Below, in pieces: positions 38,288 through 48,536 of a stretch of DNA of 64,000 nt. The stretch spans positions 64,001-128,000 of IMG/VR virus record IMGVR_UViG_3300031867_000006; one strand, given 5' to 3'. Under the pieces are notes generated by a model. The model was not told the DNA's origin, did not search any database, and saw only the letters and a program-made list of their open reading frames with translations. Made by a program: the position numbers and the translations under genes. Position 1 is the stretch's first letter. Each line of letters starts with the position of its first letter. This DNA is from a virus (lineage: Duplodnaviria; Caudoviricetes).

Positions 38288-40015
38288 TTATCCCTCGTTG
38301 TCTCTAATATCTGCAGTGTAAATATTATGCATTGGCGTCTGTACAAGATACTGATTGCTGGTAAACATAAGGATCAGAATCTTATTGATTGTCTCCAGAA
38401 TAGCCACATCTGACTTAATGGAAGACTTAACCTTACCATCGCAATCATTAGTCCTGATATTTAGTGGGCACTTCTTCTTAATCATAAGATCAATAAGCTT
38501 ATCAAGCTCATCCTTATCTGTAATATTATACAGAATAGAGATAAGCTCAGTATATGCCTTAAGCAGAATATTAATAATATTCACGCAGCTGTTATCAAGA
38601 TCTTTAGATTCGCTAAGCTCTTTAAGAGCCCGCAGAGCCATGAAGTTAGCTCCGTAACCAACGCCTTCCTTAGCAGCAGATCTACAGTTAAATACAGCAT
38701 CTTCTACTGAAGCCTTGAGATTATTCCTGTCGGAGATAGTTACTCCGCCGACCATAAAGTCAATCATATTACCCTTGAAGCTATTAAGACGACGCTTAGT
38801 ATTCTGAATCTCATTGGTACCCTCAGCACCATCAATAGCCTTCTGTACTCTGCTTTCAAGCCAGTTTACCATAGCTTTATAATCATCAGAATACTCACCA
38901 TTCTCATCAAACATATTTCCAGGTTTAACGAACTTGGTCTTATAATCATCAGCTGTTACAGCCTCAGCAGTACCGCAGAAATCAGTAATTGTCTCCATTG
39001 TAGGTGCTAAGCCCTTCTCCTGATCCTGTTCCTGGAGATCGAGATTGAGATACTTCTTAATGAATTTGGCGCCGCACATCTTTGCGATATCATCATACAT
39101 ATAATCCTCTGTAATATCTGATACAATAATAAGAGGAATGTTAGCACCCGGCTGCTTACACAGATTGATTACATTATCGAAGTAGCTCTGTGTGTCAGGA
39201 GAGATCTGATGGCACATAATGACTGTCGGTACATACTCATACTCGCTTCTGGGATCGACTGCACGGATGATATTATCATTGATGATCTTCATTACAAAAT
39301 TTGTCATCTCAGGCGTATCGATAGCATCTTTAAAGCAGTATACTCTGGCATTGGGCACTGTCTTATTGAATGCAGAATCTGCAGCCCCTGTCTCGATAGT
39401 CATACCATCATACTCTTTAATGATATTCTGTACTTCTGGAGATTCAAGAACATCAATGAATACATCTAAACCGTACTTCTCATATACATTCTTGATAGTC
39501 TGTGAGATCTCCACATTGTTATTAGTAGAGATCAGCGCAATATCATAGATATCATCAAGAGTACAATCCCACTTATAGGAGTAGATCTTATCCTTAATGA
39601 TTTCGAATGTCTTATTAAAGATATTAACAACATCCGAAGGCGCCCAACTCTTCATAACTTCATTATTGCAAAGTACATCAAACAGAGTCTTGCAAAGAAT
39701 AACAGCAGATGTGGTTCCATCGCCGACTTCCTTAACAATATGAAGAGTAAGATCTCTAAGCAGATCCTGTACAGAACGCTCGATAGGGTTAGCAAATAAA
39801 ATATTGCTTACTATAGTATGACCGTCCTTTGTATATTCGATAACAATATTAGCCTCATTAGGGTCCATATTCTTAACGAACGCTGTTGTAGATCCCTTAG
39901 GTCCAAAAGATTTCTTTACTGCATCAGAAATTATAGTGAGAGTTCTCTGCTGAACGTCTCTAACTATCTCCTCTGGAACAATATTAGAGTAAATTTTAGT
40001 CACCATTTGTTTCAT
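38288..40015 (-). CDS. phage chaperonin (GroEL-like)
   Basis: SFGPKG, TKDG, VGDGTTS, VEDA, GVGYGAN; no GroES ORF recognised nearby. Confidence 0.9.
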   Translation of the reverse strand: MKQMVTKIYSNIVPEEIVRDVQQRTLTIISDAVKKSFGPKGSTTAFVKNMDPNEANIVIEYTKDGHTIVSNILFANPIERSVQDLLRDLTLHIVKEVGDGTTSAVILCKTLFDVLCNNEVMKSWAPSDVVNIFNKTFEIIKDKIYSYKWDCTLDDIYDIALISTNNNVEISQTIKNVYEKYGLDVFIDVLESPEVQNIIKEYDGMTIETGAADSAFNKTVPNARVYCFKDAIDTPEMTNFVMKIINDNIIRAVDPRSEYEYVPTVIMCHQISPDTQSYFDNVINLCKQPGANIPLIIVSDITEDYMYDDIAKMCGAKFIKKYLNLDLQEQDQEKGLAPTMETITDFCGTAEAVTADDYKTKFVKPGNMFDENGEYSDDYKAMVNWLESRVQKAIDGAEGTNEIQNTKRRLNSFKGNMIDFMVGGVTISDRNNLKASVEDAVFNCRSAAKEGVGYGANFMALRALKELSESKDLDNSCVNIINILLKAYTELISILYNITDKDELDKLIDLMIKKKCPLNIRTNDCDGKVKSSIKSDVAILETINKILILMFTSNQYLVQTPMHNIYTADIRDNEG

Positions 40016-40661
40016 CCTCCTGCGGTGGTATATATTTGATATCAGTATACAGATCCATCATATGAATTAGGTTTACATCCCCATAGAGTTGTCCTAAGGA
40101 GAGATTGACACATGGAAGTCCTGGCTCCATATTATATTGAGCATTGGCTATATAGATATGCTTACCTTCAATATTATTATATAGAGCTACATAACTGAAA
40201 TACTTCTCCCAAAAGACCGTATAGTCTTTTAGCTTAACTTCATTTCTTGGTATTGTTATCGTCTTAATTCTATCGTTTAATTTGGAAATAAACTTAGATT
40301 GTAGTTCTGAATCGCATCTGGCTATAATATCTACACTAGATGCATTATTTAGAAATGTAATTAATAAGGGAAAAGTATCATAAACTTTAGCATAACCCAA
40401 TAGATCTTCCATTTTGGTCTCTAATATCTCATTATAGAGATCAACTAACCCATTAGGATCTTCATTAGGTATGAAGACCTCTAATGGATTAATGTGTTGC
40501 CTTGATAGAAGCTGTAATTTGACATTGTGTTCATCTTCTTGAGATAGAAACGCTCTGTCTACATAATCAGAGTTATAGAAATTGTCTCTAAAATACTGAA
40601 ACATGGCGTAATCTAAATCAACAAGCATATCAAAGTTTGCCAAGATTACATTGTCTTTCAT
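39996..40661 (-). CDS. hypothetical protein
   Basis: 221-aa ORF in operon. Confidence 0.7.
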   Translation of the reverse strand: MKDNVILANFDMLVDLDYAMFQYFRDNFYNSDYVDRAFLSQEDEHNVKLQLLSRQHINPLEVFIPNEDPNGLVDLYNEILETKMEDLLGYAKVYDTFPLLITFLNNASSVDIIARCDSELQSKFISKLNDRIKTITIPRNEVKLKDYTVFWEKYFSYVALYNNIEGKHIYIANAQYNMEPGLPCVNLSLGQLYGDVNLIHMMDLYTDIKYIPPQEDETNGD

Positions 40662-40663
40662 AT

Positions 40664-41467
40664 TTAGCTCAATCCCATGGAATTAGCAATATCTGCAAAT
40701 GTGGAGGTCTCATAATCTTCAGGCACATTATTCATTCCGCCTGATGAATTGCCACCTCCGCCATTGTTGTTATTAAGGAATGTCCTGCTATTATAACCAC
40801 CGCCGTTCTGATTATAAGCTCCTGAATTATTAACAACAACTGCACCGATTTTATCAGCAATAGCCTTGATCATTCTATACTGACCATCTCTCTTATACAT
40901 AGAAGCTTCCATTACTGTAGCCGCAAGTGCATAAGATGAAGCCTTCCAGTACTCATCCAGAGTCATAAGGAATGTATCAAACTCCATATTATCGAACTGC
41001 TTGGTAGAGAACTTGCCGTTCTTATAGTCATATGCAGCCTGGTAGAAGTCAGCCTTTGTCTGGTATACAATCTCTTCCACATTGCCGCTATTATCAGTTG
41101 TAAGGATGCTGAAGCAGGGCGTATCTGATCCAAACTCTGTACCATTTGAAATCTTAAGAAGACCATTCTTAAGCTCAATACAAACATTCATCATCTTACC
41201 ACCATCACGCATCTCAACCATAAGATCATGCAGCATCTTAGCCTTTGTATTACTTACATAAACTACGGTCTGGTGATCGTTATCGAACGTACTTATATCA
41301 CCATTCTGACCAATCTTCTTAGCGATACTGATCTTCATGAGCTTATTAAAATAGCTCACTGTAAACCTGGTTGCGTCAACGACGCTATCACCGTGACTGA
41401 AGTTAATTGCTGAAAAAGTGTTGTTGCTTGGGCCATTGTCCACATTATTGCGATTTCCGAAACTCAT
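40664..41467 (-). CDS. hypothetical protein, possibly ssDNA-binding
   Basis: Beta-rich core, Gly/Asn linker and acidic-aromatic tail resembling SSB architecture. Confidence 0.4.
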   Translation of the reverse strand: MSFGNRNNVDNGPSNNTFSAINFSHGDSVVDATRFTVSYFNKLMKISIAKKIGQNGDISTFDNDHQTVVYVSNTKAKMLHDLMVEMRDGGKMMNVCIELKNGLLKISNGTEFGSDTPCFSILTTDNSGNVEEIVYQTKADFYQAAYDYKNGKFSTKQFDNMEFDTFLMTLDEYWKASSYALAATVMEASMYKRDGQYRMIKAIADKIGAVVVNNSGAYNQNGGGYNSRTFLNNNNGGGGNSSGGMNNVPEDYETSTFADIANSMGLS

Positions 41468-41634
41468 TGCTAAATCTCCTCTCTTAGATATAAATTTGTT
41501 ATTCCAGCGATTTATGCGTTTATTCTTGGCGCTGTTACTTAGATGTATATATAATAGTAAAAATATACAACATTATAATTCCCCTCTAGACCGAAGCCTA
41601 GAGGGTAAAGAAGGGAAACAAAATAAACGACACC

Positions 41635-42783
41635 TTATTCAGGGTAAATCACGTTAATATAAGATGAGTACCTATCATGGACCTTCTTATCTTTAGCAGC
41701 CTTCTGACGGATTTCATATAACTGCTGAAGAATGTTGTAGATCTCCTGACGTTCAACCTCATCGGTAACCTCTGAGAGATAATCTGTAAGTATAGCAACG
41801 TCTGTATTAACGGCACGGATAACAAAGAAAAGATCATCTTGAGATTCTGCACATCTTAATCTGAGGTTAAGCTCATAGATATCATTCTTTACAGAATTGA
41901 TACCTTTAACTTTAAAGGTATGGATTTTCTTGCTGAATCTATCCTTAACGTTATCAAATACATTAGCCTCATGAATATCATTAATATTATTCATGAGATC
42001 AAGCGCATACCTAATGTCTTTCTTCTCAAGCTCAGAGCCTGTCATAGCGATGGCTTTATTCAATGTATGTATAGCAGGGATTCTCTTTGTATGGAACTCC
42101 TTATTGAGTCTGAGCACCCATGAGAGAGTCAGCAGTCTGTTGTCGACAGTCTTATTGATATATACATTATTACGCATAATCTTCTTCATTGCAGACTCTA
42201 AGTAAGGTCCATAACCAAGACTAGCAACAAAGCTATCTGCTATAATCTCATCATCCTTAGAGATCTTGGAGAATACAGAACCAACCTTCATAATGGAGTC
42301 TTTCATAGCATAAGCAATGAGCTCCTTATATGATCTTGTAGCATTCAATCCGATAGCATCATCAGTCTGGCTGAAATAATAATTGACTGCATTGCGAACT
42401 TCATCTATAGTATTAAGATCATATACAATATGGCCTATCTCATGAAGCAATATAGCCATAAGCTCCTTCTCATCAAGAGCAAGCATAGGATCAAACAGCT
42501 TACTATCGAACTCAATATAATAACTCTCAACAGGCTTAGTATCCTTATCACCAAGCATCTCAAGAGCCTCATCCCCCGTAAGGTTAGGGTAAACTCTCAT
42601 ACCGAAAAACATCTTATCTGTATTAAGTGTATAAATAACACCCTTGCAATTTGCAGCCTTAAATATCTTATTTATATCATTTGCAAGCCCCTTGAGATCA
42701 CTAGTGGAATGTCTCTCATCTAAAGCAAACAGTCTCTTCTCTACGGAAGCAAATATTGTAGAACTATTGTTTATCTTCTGCAT
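41635..42783 (-). CDS. probable virion protein with HExxH metallopeptidase motif
   Basis: AILLHEIGH...EIIADSF; late promoter at 42940-42951. Confidence 0.6.
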   Translation of the reverse strand: MQKINNSSTIFASVEKRLFALDERHSTSDLKGLANDINKIFKAANCKGVIYTLNTDKMFFGMRVYPNLTGDEALEMLGDKDTKPVESYYIEFDSKLFDPMLALDEKELMAILLHEIGHIVYDLNTIDEVRNAVNYYFSQTDDAIGLNATRSYKELIAYAMKDSIMKVGSVFSKISKDDEIIADSFVASLGYGPYLESAMKKIMRNNVYINKTVDNRLLTLSWVLRLNKEFHTKRIPAIHTLNKAIAMTGSELEKKDIRYALDLMNNINDIHEANVFDNVKDRFSKKIHTFKVKGINSVKNDIYELNLRLRCAESQDDLFFVIRAVNTDVAILTDYLSEVTDEVERQEIYNILQQLYEIRQKAAKDKKVHDRYSSYINVIYPE

Positions 42784-42916
42784 TGCTATTATCCTCCTTA
42801 GATTCTTTATTAAACTCCTTAGGCGGTAAGTTTACACCCTTCTCTTTATCATAAGTTTTGAATACAGAATTCAAATCATTCATTGGATGTAGAACGCCTA
42901 CTCCAGATATATTCAT
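42764..42916 (-). CDS. small hypothetical protein (50 aa)
   Basis: MNISGVGVLHPMNDL...; GGAGG RBS directly after late promoter. Confidence 0.5.
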   Translation of the reverse strand: MNISGVGVLHPMNDLNSVFKTYDKEKGVNLPPKEFNKESKEDNSNAEDKQ

Positions 42917-43023
42917 AGGATACACCTCCATATTTCAATTACTTAGATGTTTTCAACAAAAAATAAAATAGAGGTGCCCAAACGGACACCTCATAAATAT
43001 GAATAACTTATCTCCCCAGATAG

Positions 43024-43296
43024 TTAATCAACTCTGTTAAGCGTAACGAGATAAACTTCCTCATTACCACCTTTATTAGCAAAGTATTCTTTAACGCCTT
43101 CCAGATAATTGTTTGCAATCTCTTTAGATGCAAACAGCTTTATATACGGAAGATCAATAAAGTTGTCTTCCTTACATGCTACAATATCACGCACTTCTAC
43201 CTTAGATGGTATATTATTTAACTTAGTAAATATTGTATTAATATAATAGTTATCTTTACCATCATTAAATCCGATGGCATATAATTCAAGCTTCAT
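43024..43296 (-). CDS. hypothetical protein, possibly related to the 45.6-49.6 kb paralog family
   Basis: LYAIGF..G..YY...KLF.SKEIA pattern. Confidence 0.6.
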   Translation of the reverse strand: MKLELYAIGFNDGKDNYYINTIFTKLNNIPSKVEVRDIVACKEDNFIDLPYIKLFASKEIANNYLEGVKEYFANKGGNEEVYLVTLNRVD

Positions 43297-43298
43297 AA

Positions 43299-43898
43299 TT
43301 ACCTCCCTACGAGTGCTGTGATGTTGTTAAACAGATCATTTTCGAGAGCCTCTGTATAATTGTCACTTCCATTCTTAGCCAGAAGCTCAGCGAGCTCTGC
43401 TGCTGTACTTGCAATTTCCTTTGCTGTCTTGATTTTCTCTTCAACTGTCATGGTTCTTTCCTCCTTATTATTGAAATGATTTGCTACATCTTCATATATA
43501 TTATTACTATCTTTGAACCTACTCATAAATAAACCTATTGGCGGTCTTTTTGCTTTAATAGCATAATCAAGAATGCTATTAGGTTCTATCTTGCCTACAA
43601 CACTTTTACTACCATATCTACCAGTGATCTTCTTAGGTGGGTTATTATCTTTGCTGAAAGAGATTTTATACTCTTTCTCTGTCTCTTCAATATTATAAGA
43701 ATTAGCCACTTTAATAATAAGCACCTGCCCATTTGAAAATTCTATCTTTGTAGCAAGGTTATTTGCCATACTTTCATTGATAACAACAGGCTGAGTAAAT
43801 TCTTCATCTATATCAAGATGATTATTAAATTCTTTAAATGTATCACCAGTTTCAGAAGACTGTACTAGAAATCCAGTTGTAGTCTTTATATCACCCAT
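43299..43898 (-). CDS. hypothetical protein with RNAP beta-like motif remnants
   Basis: PVVINESMA and KITGRYGSKSVVGKI. Confidence 0.5.
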   Translation of the reverse strand: MGDIKTTTGFLVQSSETGDTFKEFNNHLDIDEEFTQPVVINESMANNLATKIEFSNGQVLIIKVANSYNIEETEKEYKISFSKDNNPPKKITGRYGSKSVVGKIEPNSILDYAIKAKRPPIGLFMSRFKDSNNIYEDVANHFNNKEERTMTVEEKIKTAKEIASTAAELAELLAKNGSDNYTEALENDLFNNITALVGR

Positions 43899-43901
43899 AG
43901 A

Positions 43902-44840
43902 TCATACCTCCCCTCCAGTACTTATCACAACACCATAACTGGATAACTTGGTTACAAGCTCATCGAGTGATATTTTGCCCATATTACGTATTTTGCTAAG
44001 CTGTTCTATAGACACATTTTCGAAATCTGCTATCGTTCTATACCCAGCATGCCTAATGCGATTATATGTCCTTACAGATAAATCTAATTCCTCTATAGGG
44101 CATTCTTTTTTATTGCCAATAATAGCATTTGCTTGAGCAATACATTGTTTGAGATCTTTCTCTGATTTCATTTTGATGGCATCATCAAATGCATTTTTTA
44201 AGAAAGCAATTTTTTCTTTATGATATTCACGATACTCCTCTTGCTTCTGAATATTCTCCTGCTTAGCACGATCTATATCAGCAATAACATCAACGCCGTA
44301 TTTAAGAATATCACTGCATTTAGGGTGTCTTAATTTTCTAAGAACACGCCGTTCTATTTGACGTGGTCTCTCACGGGTAATATTGTATTTTTCTGCAATC
44401 TGTCCGAACGACCAGCCATCTTCAAAATATAATTTTATTATATCTCGCTCCATTTCAGAGAATGTATTAAGTACATAATCTACAGACTCCTCTATATTTG
44501 GCGGAATATTATTATAGTTATACTCACCAAATACTTCACAGAAAAGCTTCTCCTGCCAGCAGTAATCAGCCCATCTCTGTCTCCAATACTCTCTATATAC
44601 CCTTAGATCTTTTTCTTTATCAGGAGGCATATCGATAGGCTTATAATCAAATCCCAGTTTCTTTTCGAAGATAATTCTTCTAAAGAACATACGATCGATA
44701 TTATACTTATCGCATACTGAAGTCTCTGTAGCTCCAGATTTAATTTCCTCACATGCTGCTATACAGCGTTTAAACATCTCTATATTCGCATCAAGCAATT
44801 CTATTTTGTCTTGCGACTGTGTATATTTTTCTTTTGACAT
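43902..44840 (-). CDS. sigma-70 region 4 fused to RNAP alpha C-terminal domain
   Basis: SFGQIAEKYNITRERPRQIERRVLRKLRHP; IEELDLSVRTYN...IRNMGKISLDEL. Confidence 0.85.
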   Translation of the reverse strand: MSKEKYTQSQDKIELLDANIEMFKRCIAACEEIKSGATETSVCDKYNIDRMFFRRIIFEKKLGFDYKPIDMPPDKEKDLRVYREYWRQRWADYCWQEKLFCEVFGEYNYNNIPPNIEESVDYVLNTFSEMERDIIKLYFEDGWSFGQIAEKYNITRERPRQIERRVLRKLRHPKCSDILKYGVDVIADIDRAKQENIQKQEEYREYHKEKIAFLKNAFDDAIKMKSEKDLKQCIAQANAIIGNKKECPIEELDLSVRTYNRIRHAGYRTIADFENVSIEQLSKIRNMGKISLDELVTKLSSYGVVISTGGEV

Positions 44841-44848
44841 ATTTCCAC

Positions 44849-45673
44849 CTACACCTCCCCAACGGCAGCTCTGTATTTATCAGGCATGCCTTTAATAAGA
44901 CCACACTTATCACATCTGAATTCCTTACATTTGCGATCGATCTCTTCAGGACTATCAAATACTGTAGCTCCAATGCTAGGACACAAATAAGATTCACCTA
45001 AGTGGATGCTTCCATCAGGCATTATAGCTGGTGTACAAAATTTACCAGCCATGCGAAGCTGCAGAATCGCAATGCCAAGATTACTACTCCTTGTAGCCGA
45101 TCTTATATTGAAGCACTTTGGAGCCTTACTATTAATTGGTTCAGAATGGTTTTCTTTAGCCCGACCCTGCAAATACAATGACTCAATATGAGTACATACG
45201 GTCACATCTTTCCTTTTAAATATACCCCGATCAAGATTAATCTTTGTGGGATAATATCTATCATCGCTTGTTACTTGCCACATATACAATGCATTCGGAT
45301 TATTATTGGAAAGCTCATCCATAAACTTAGTATAAGTCTTTGGATCTTTAGCCATATTGTAACCATTTGTGGCTATGGTTACGCTAAAGAATGCACCAAG
45401 ATTCTTATAATGATGCATACATAAATCAAAGAATCTCATTAATTCAAAGAACTCCGGATGCTCAGTCGGCTCACCGCCAGCCAAAATGATAAACCTATCA
45501 GTTGTCATCATGGTGAATTTGATAGCCTCTTTTAAAACATCCTTACTCATATGATCTGTACCCGTGGGTATTGAATTATTCATACAATGATTACAACCCA
45601 TAGAGCACTTGTTAGTTAGATGAATTAACATCTTTAGTTGTCTCCTTTCTATATATCTTTTTAGTAACTCCAT
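44849..45673 (-). CDS. radical SAM protein
   Basis: CSMGCNHC (CxxxCxxC), GGEPTEHP, IATNG, C-terminal Cys cluster. Confidence 0.88.
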   Translation of the reverse strand: MELLKRYIERRQLKMLIHLTNKCSMGCNHCMNNSIPTGTDHMSKDVLKEAIKFTMMTTDRFIILAGGEPTEHPEFFELMRFFDLCMHHYKNLGAFFSVTIATNGYNMAKDPKTYTKFMDELSNNNPNALYMWQVTSDDRYYPTKINLDRGIFKRKDVTVCTHIESLYLQGRAKENHSEPINSKAPKCFNIRSATRSSNLGIAILQLRMAGKFCTPAIMPDGSIHLGESYLCPSIGATVFDSPEEIDRKCKEFRCDKCGLIKGMPDKYRAAVGEV

Positions 45674-45968
45674 TTTCTATAATAGCTCTAGTTATTATTT
45701 CTTCTACCTTAACTACATCCACATTTAGTATATCTTTATTTTGGATATGCTCTCCAACAAGATATATATTTTTATGCATAATTTCTTTAGCTGCATTGAC
45801 TGCTGATTCCATATATTTATAAGTGCCAGCATCATTTTTTGTTTTGGTGAACATAAATCTTGTTGAACCATCATCCAATGTAGTGGCTCCAAAATAGTAT
45901 ATAGTATCCTTCCAAAGCCTAGGATTTTTAGAAGCAATATCCATTCTGATTATATATCTATCTGCCAT
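45612..45968 (-). CDS. paralog family protein
   Basis: YII...YYF...A..Y....A..A..I pattern. Confidence 0.65.
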   Translation of the reverse strand: MADRYIIRMDIASKNPRLWKDTIYYFGATTLDDGSTRFMFTKTKNDAGTYKYMESAVNAAKEIMHKNIYLVGEHIQNKDILNVDVVKVEEIITRAIIENGVTKKIYRKETTKDVNSSN

Positions 45969-45977
45969 ATTGCCTCC

Positions 45978-46343
45978 TTACAGTGCTTTAATTGGCTTGG
46001 TTTTGATTGATGGACCATCTATACCTATATATTCTCCCGCTCTAGGAAACATCTCATCAGACCCATCAGATATTCTGGTTACTACAGGCTTCATATCCAC
46101 ACGAACTTTGCGAATCCAGCACTGAGATATTGGGTTAATGAATGATATATTTAAAATATACTTATCATTATTTAATAGCATATCTATTATAGGTTTTGCT
46201 TTCTCCTTACTATACATAACTTCAGCATCATCCTGACGATGGGTGGTTATTAAGTTTACTCTATGATTGTCTGTTTTCTTTAATGCACAGAAATATTCTT
46301 TATAACCATCCATATGAACGATTTCTATAATATAACCTATCAT
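45978..46343 (-). CDS. paralog family protein
   Basis: GYIIEI...G..EYF...DAEVM.SKEKA. Confidence 0.65.
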   Translation of the reverse strand: MIGYIIEIVHMDGYKEYFCALKKTDNHRVNLITTHRQDDAEVMYSKEKAKPIIDMLLNNDKYILNISFINPISQCWIRKVRVDMKPVVTRISDGSDEMFPRAGEYIGIDGPSIKTKPIKAL

Positions 46344-46690
46344 AATGCTTCCTCGCCATTATTAACCCTTACATTATAGCTCTGCTGATTGAAGTTGCTT
46401 ATGATATGATCCACAGAAACCTCAGTAATGGTTCTAGTAATTACAGCGCAAACGATAGCGTTTACTACAGGAACTAACTCGCCATTATCACCTAAGGTTA
46501 ATTCAAGATGATCAGCCATTATATTTCTAGCAACCATGTTAGCAATTTCTACATCTTTAAAGACGTAAGCGTCATTTGGGCTACCAAAAAAGATGGGTTT
46601 TACAGCACTACCAAAATACTGCTTAAAATACAGCTCTAACCCATTAGCGAGCTGTACTTTTATAATGCAATCTATATCATTCTGATTCAT
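46340..46690 (-). CDS. paralog family protein
   Basis: IIKV...G..LYF...DAYVF..VEIA. Confidence 0.65.
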   Translation of the reverse strand: MNQNDIDCIIKVQLANGLELYFKQYFGSAVKPIFFGSPNDAYVFKDVEIANMVARNIMADHLELTLGDNGELVPVVNAIVCAVITRTITEVSVDHIISNFNQQSYNVRVNNGEEAL

Positions 46691-47076
46691 TAAGCATTGC
46701 CCTCCCTTTCTGAGGCGTGAGGAATATGCTGCGCTTTCACAATTTTTACTTCACGCTTTATTATTTCCATAACCTTAACAATTTCATATGATAATTCATC
46801 CTGTTTACCATAAAATGATTCGCCACCCAAAGTACAATTCTCATTTTTAATTAATCTGGCGACAATCTCATTAGCAAAGTTACGCGCAATTTCTTTAGAT
46901 TGATATAATGCTGCTACATTAATATTTTTTGATACTGCATGTTTGGTAACATCAAATCTAACTTCCAGCCCAGCATAATAATATACATTATTATCATAAG
47001 TAAAAGTAAACTGTATAGCATATCCAGTATTACAACTACCGGTTGGTGAATTTATTTTGCCTATCTTATTAAACAT
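46690..47076 (-). CDS. paralog family protein
   Basis: GYAIQF...YYY...AALYQSKEIA. Confidence 0.65.
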   Translation of the reverse strand: MFNKIGKINSPTGSCNTGYAIQFTFTYDNNVYYYAGLEVRFDVTKHAVSKNINVAALYQSKEIARNFANEIVARLIKNENCTLGGESFYGKQDELSYEIVKVMEIIKREVKIVKAQHIPHASEREGNA

Positions 47077-47087
47077 ATTTAATCACC

Positions 47088-47405
47088 TCACTTAATACTA
47101 CTGAGTTTGTAGGGATTTATGGAAGGGAACAGGCGTCTGTCACCATCATCGATAACCACATTTCTGTCGGGTTTATACTTACCGACAATTTTAGTATACC
47201 CGCCACGCTGCATTAGAACTGTACCATCTTCTTTAATGACAATAGAAGCTCCATTAGGAACCTCTCGAATGTCAATGTTCCCATCGGGATATGTAAGCCG
47301 TATATGCAACTGCTTCATCATAGACTGTGCTGCAGAGACGTTTGAGTTTATTGCTATAAACTCCTTATTACTTATGTATCCCCATTCCATAATTGGCATT
47401 TCCAT
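47088..47405 (-). CDS. hypothetical protein
   Basis: ORF with GGAGG RBS. Confidence 0.65.
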   Translation of the reverse strand: MEMPIMEWGYISNKEFIAINSNVSAAQSMMKQLHIRLTYPDGNIDIREVPNGASIVIKEDGTVLMQRGGYTKIVGKYKPDRNVVIDDGDRRLFPSINPYKLSSIK

Positions 47406-47417
47406 AACTAACCTCCC

Positions 47418-47816
47418 TTATACTCTCTTTCCAGCAGATAATCTATCCCAATGCTTAGCCAAGAAGTTAAATACCCCAGGCCAATGGAATAATGCTGTCT
47501 TAAGCACCAGATTATCACATATAGTGAAGTCTGCGCCTTCTTTACTTAGCATTTGGTATGCTGGAACTTTATCTAACCGCCACATTTTAACAACCCTTAT
47601 TTTGGTTGCATAATAGAGCACTCCATCAGGATTCTCTTCGAAGCCTTCAAGTGGTTCTACCTCTAATATCCAAGATCCATCATTGATGTATCTGAAGATA
47701 TCTTTAGCCAAAACAAATGATATTCTGCAACCTTCAAGCGCAGTGATATCACCCACGAAATACTTTTTCGCCTTCGTGTCAAACTTAGTACTGTCAATGA
47801 TTTTGAAATATTTCAT
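47418..47816 (-). CDS. hypothetical protein with ankyrin-like C-terminal segment
   Basis: GADFTICDNLVLKTA; early motif at 47862. Confidence 0.55.
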   Translation of the reverse strand: MKYFKIIDSTKFDTKAKKYFVGDITALEGCRISFVLAKDIFRYINDGSWILEVEPLEGFEENPDGVLYYATKIRVVKMWRLDKVPAYQMLSKEGADFTICDNLVLKTALFHWPGVFNFLAKHWDRLSAGKRV

Positions 47817-47918
47817 TACAAAACCTCCTTATAAATTTTAATTGTTTGTACGTTACATAATTATATTATACAATTAAAAAAATAAACGAGGCGCCACACA
47901 TGGACGCCTCTGTATTAT

Positions 47919-48536
47919 TTAGATTAAACTTACCTGTCGAGCTTCTGCTCTTTTTACTTTGGTATCTTTCAATGCTAAATCAGCTATCTGATATGCTTCG
48001 GTAATTGTTTTATAAAGTTCGGCTTTGAATAGATCATACGTGACAGCATATTCATTAGCACCATCAGATATAGTATTATTACAAAAATACCTATCATTTG
48101 CAAAATATGCAGTATTACCATCCTTAAGAAGTATTTCAACAACAAATGCTTCAGGTAATGAATTATATAAATCCTCCATCTGCTCAATTTCAAATGGTTT
48201 TATTTTCACCACGGCTATTGCATTTAATGGAGTCTTGGCGCCTTCGGGATCTCTGTATGTGACACATCTATCACTAGTATCTATTATATTGTTCATGCAT
48301 GTAAGTGCAGCATTTCTATATTCATACATTCCGGCTTCAGAAAGTTTATCGGTTAATATAGCGATACTAGACTGTGAATTCATAAATTTAACATAAGCAT
48401 GTTTTTTATCTTCTTCGGTAAGATCTTCCACACGTTTTATATCTTTTATATACCCCGACTTTAGCCCCTCTTTACCAATTATCACATGTACAATATATGT
48501 TTCATCAAGAGGTATTCTATTGTCTAATTCATCCAT
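47919..48536 (-). CDS. paralog family protein (two domains)
   Basis: Two copies of the family pattern; AGGAGG before ATG at 48536. Confidence 0.65.
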   Translation of the reverse strand: MDELDNRIPLDETYIVHVIIGKEGLKSGYIKDIKRVEDLTEEDKKHAYVKFMNSQSSIAILTDKLSEAGMYEYRNAALTCMNNIIDTSDRCVTYRDPEGAKTPLNAIAVVKIKPFEIEQMEDLYNSLPEAFVVEILLKDGNTAYFANDRYFCNNTISDGANEYAVTYDLFKAELYKTITEAYQIADLALKDTKVKRAEARQVSLI

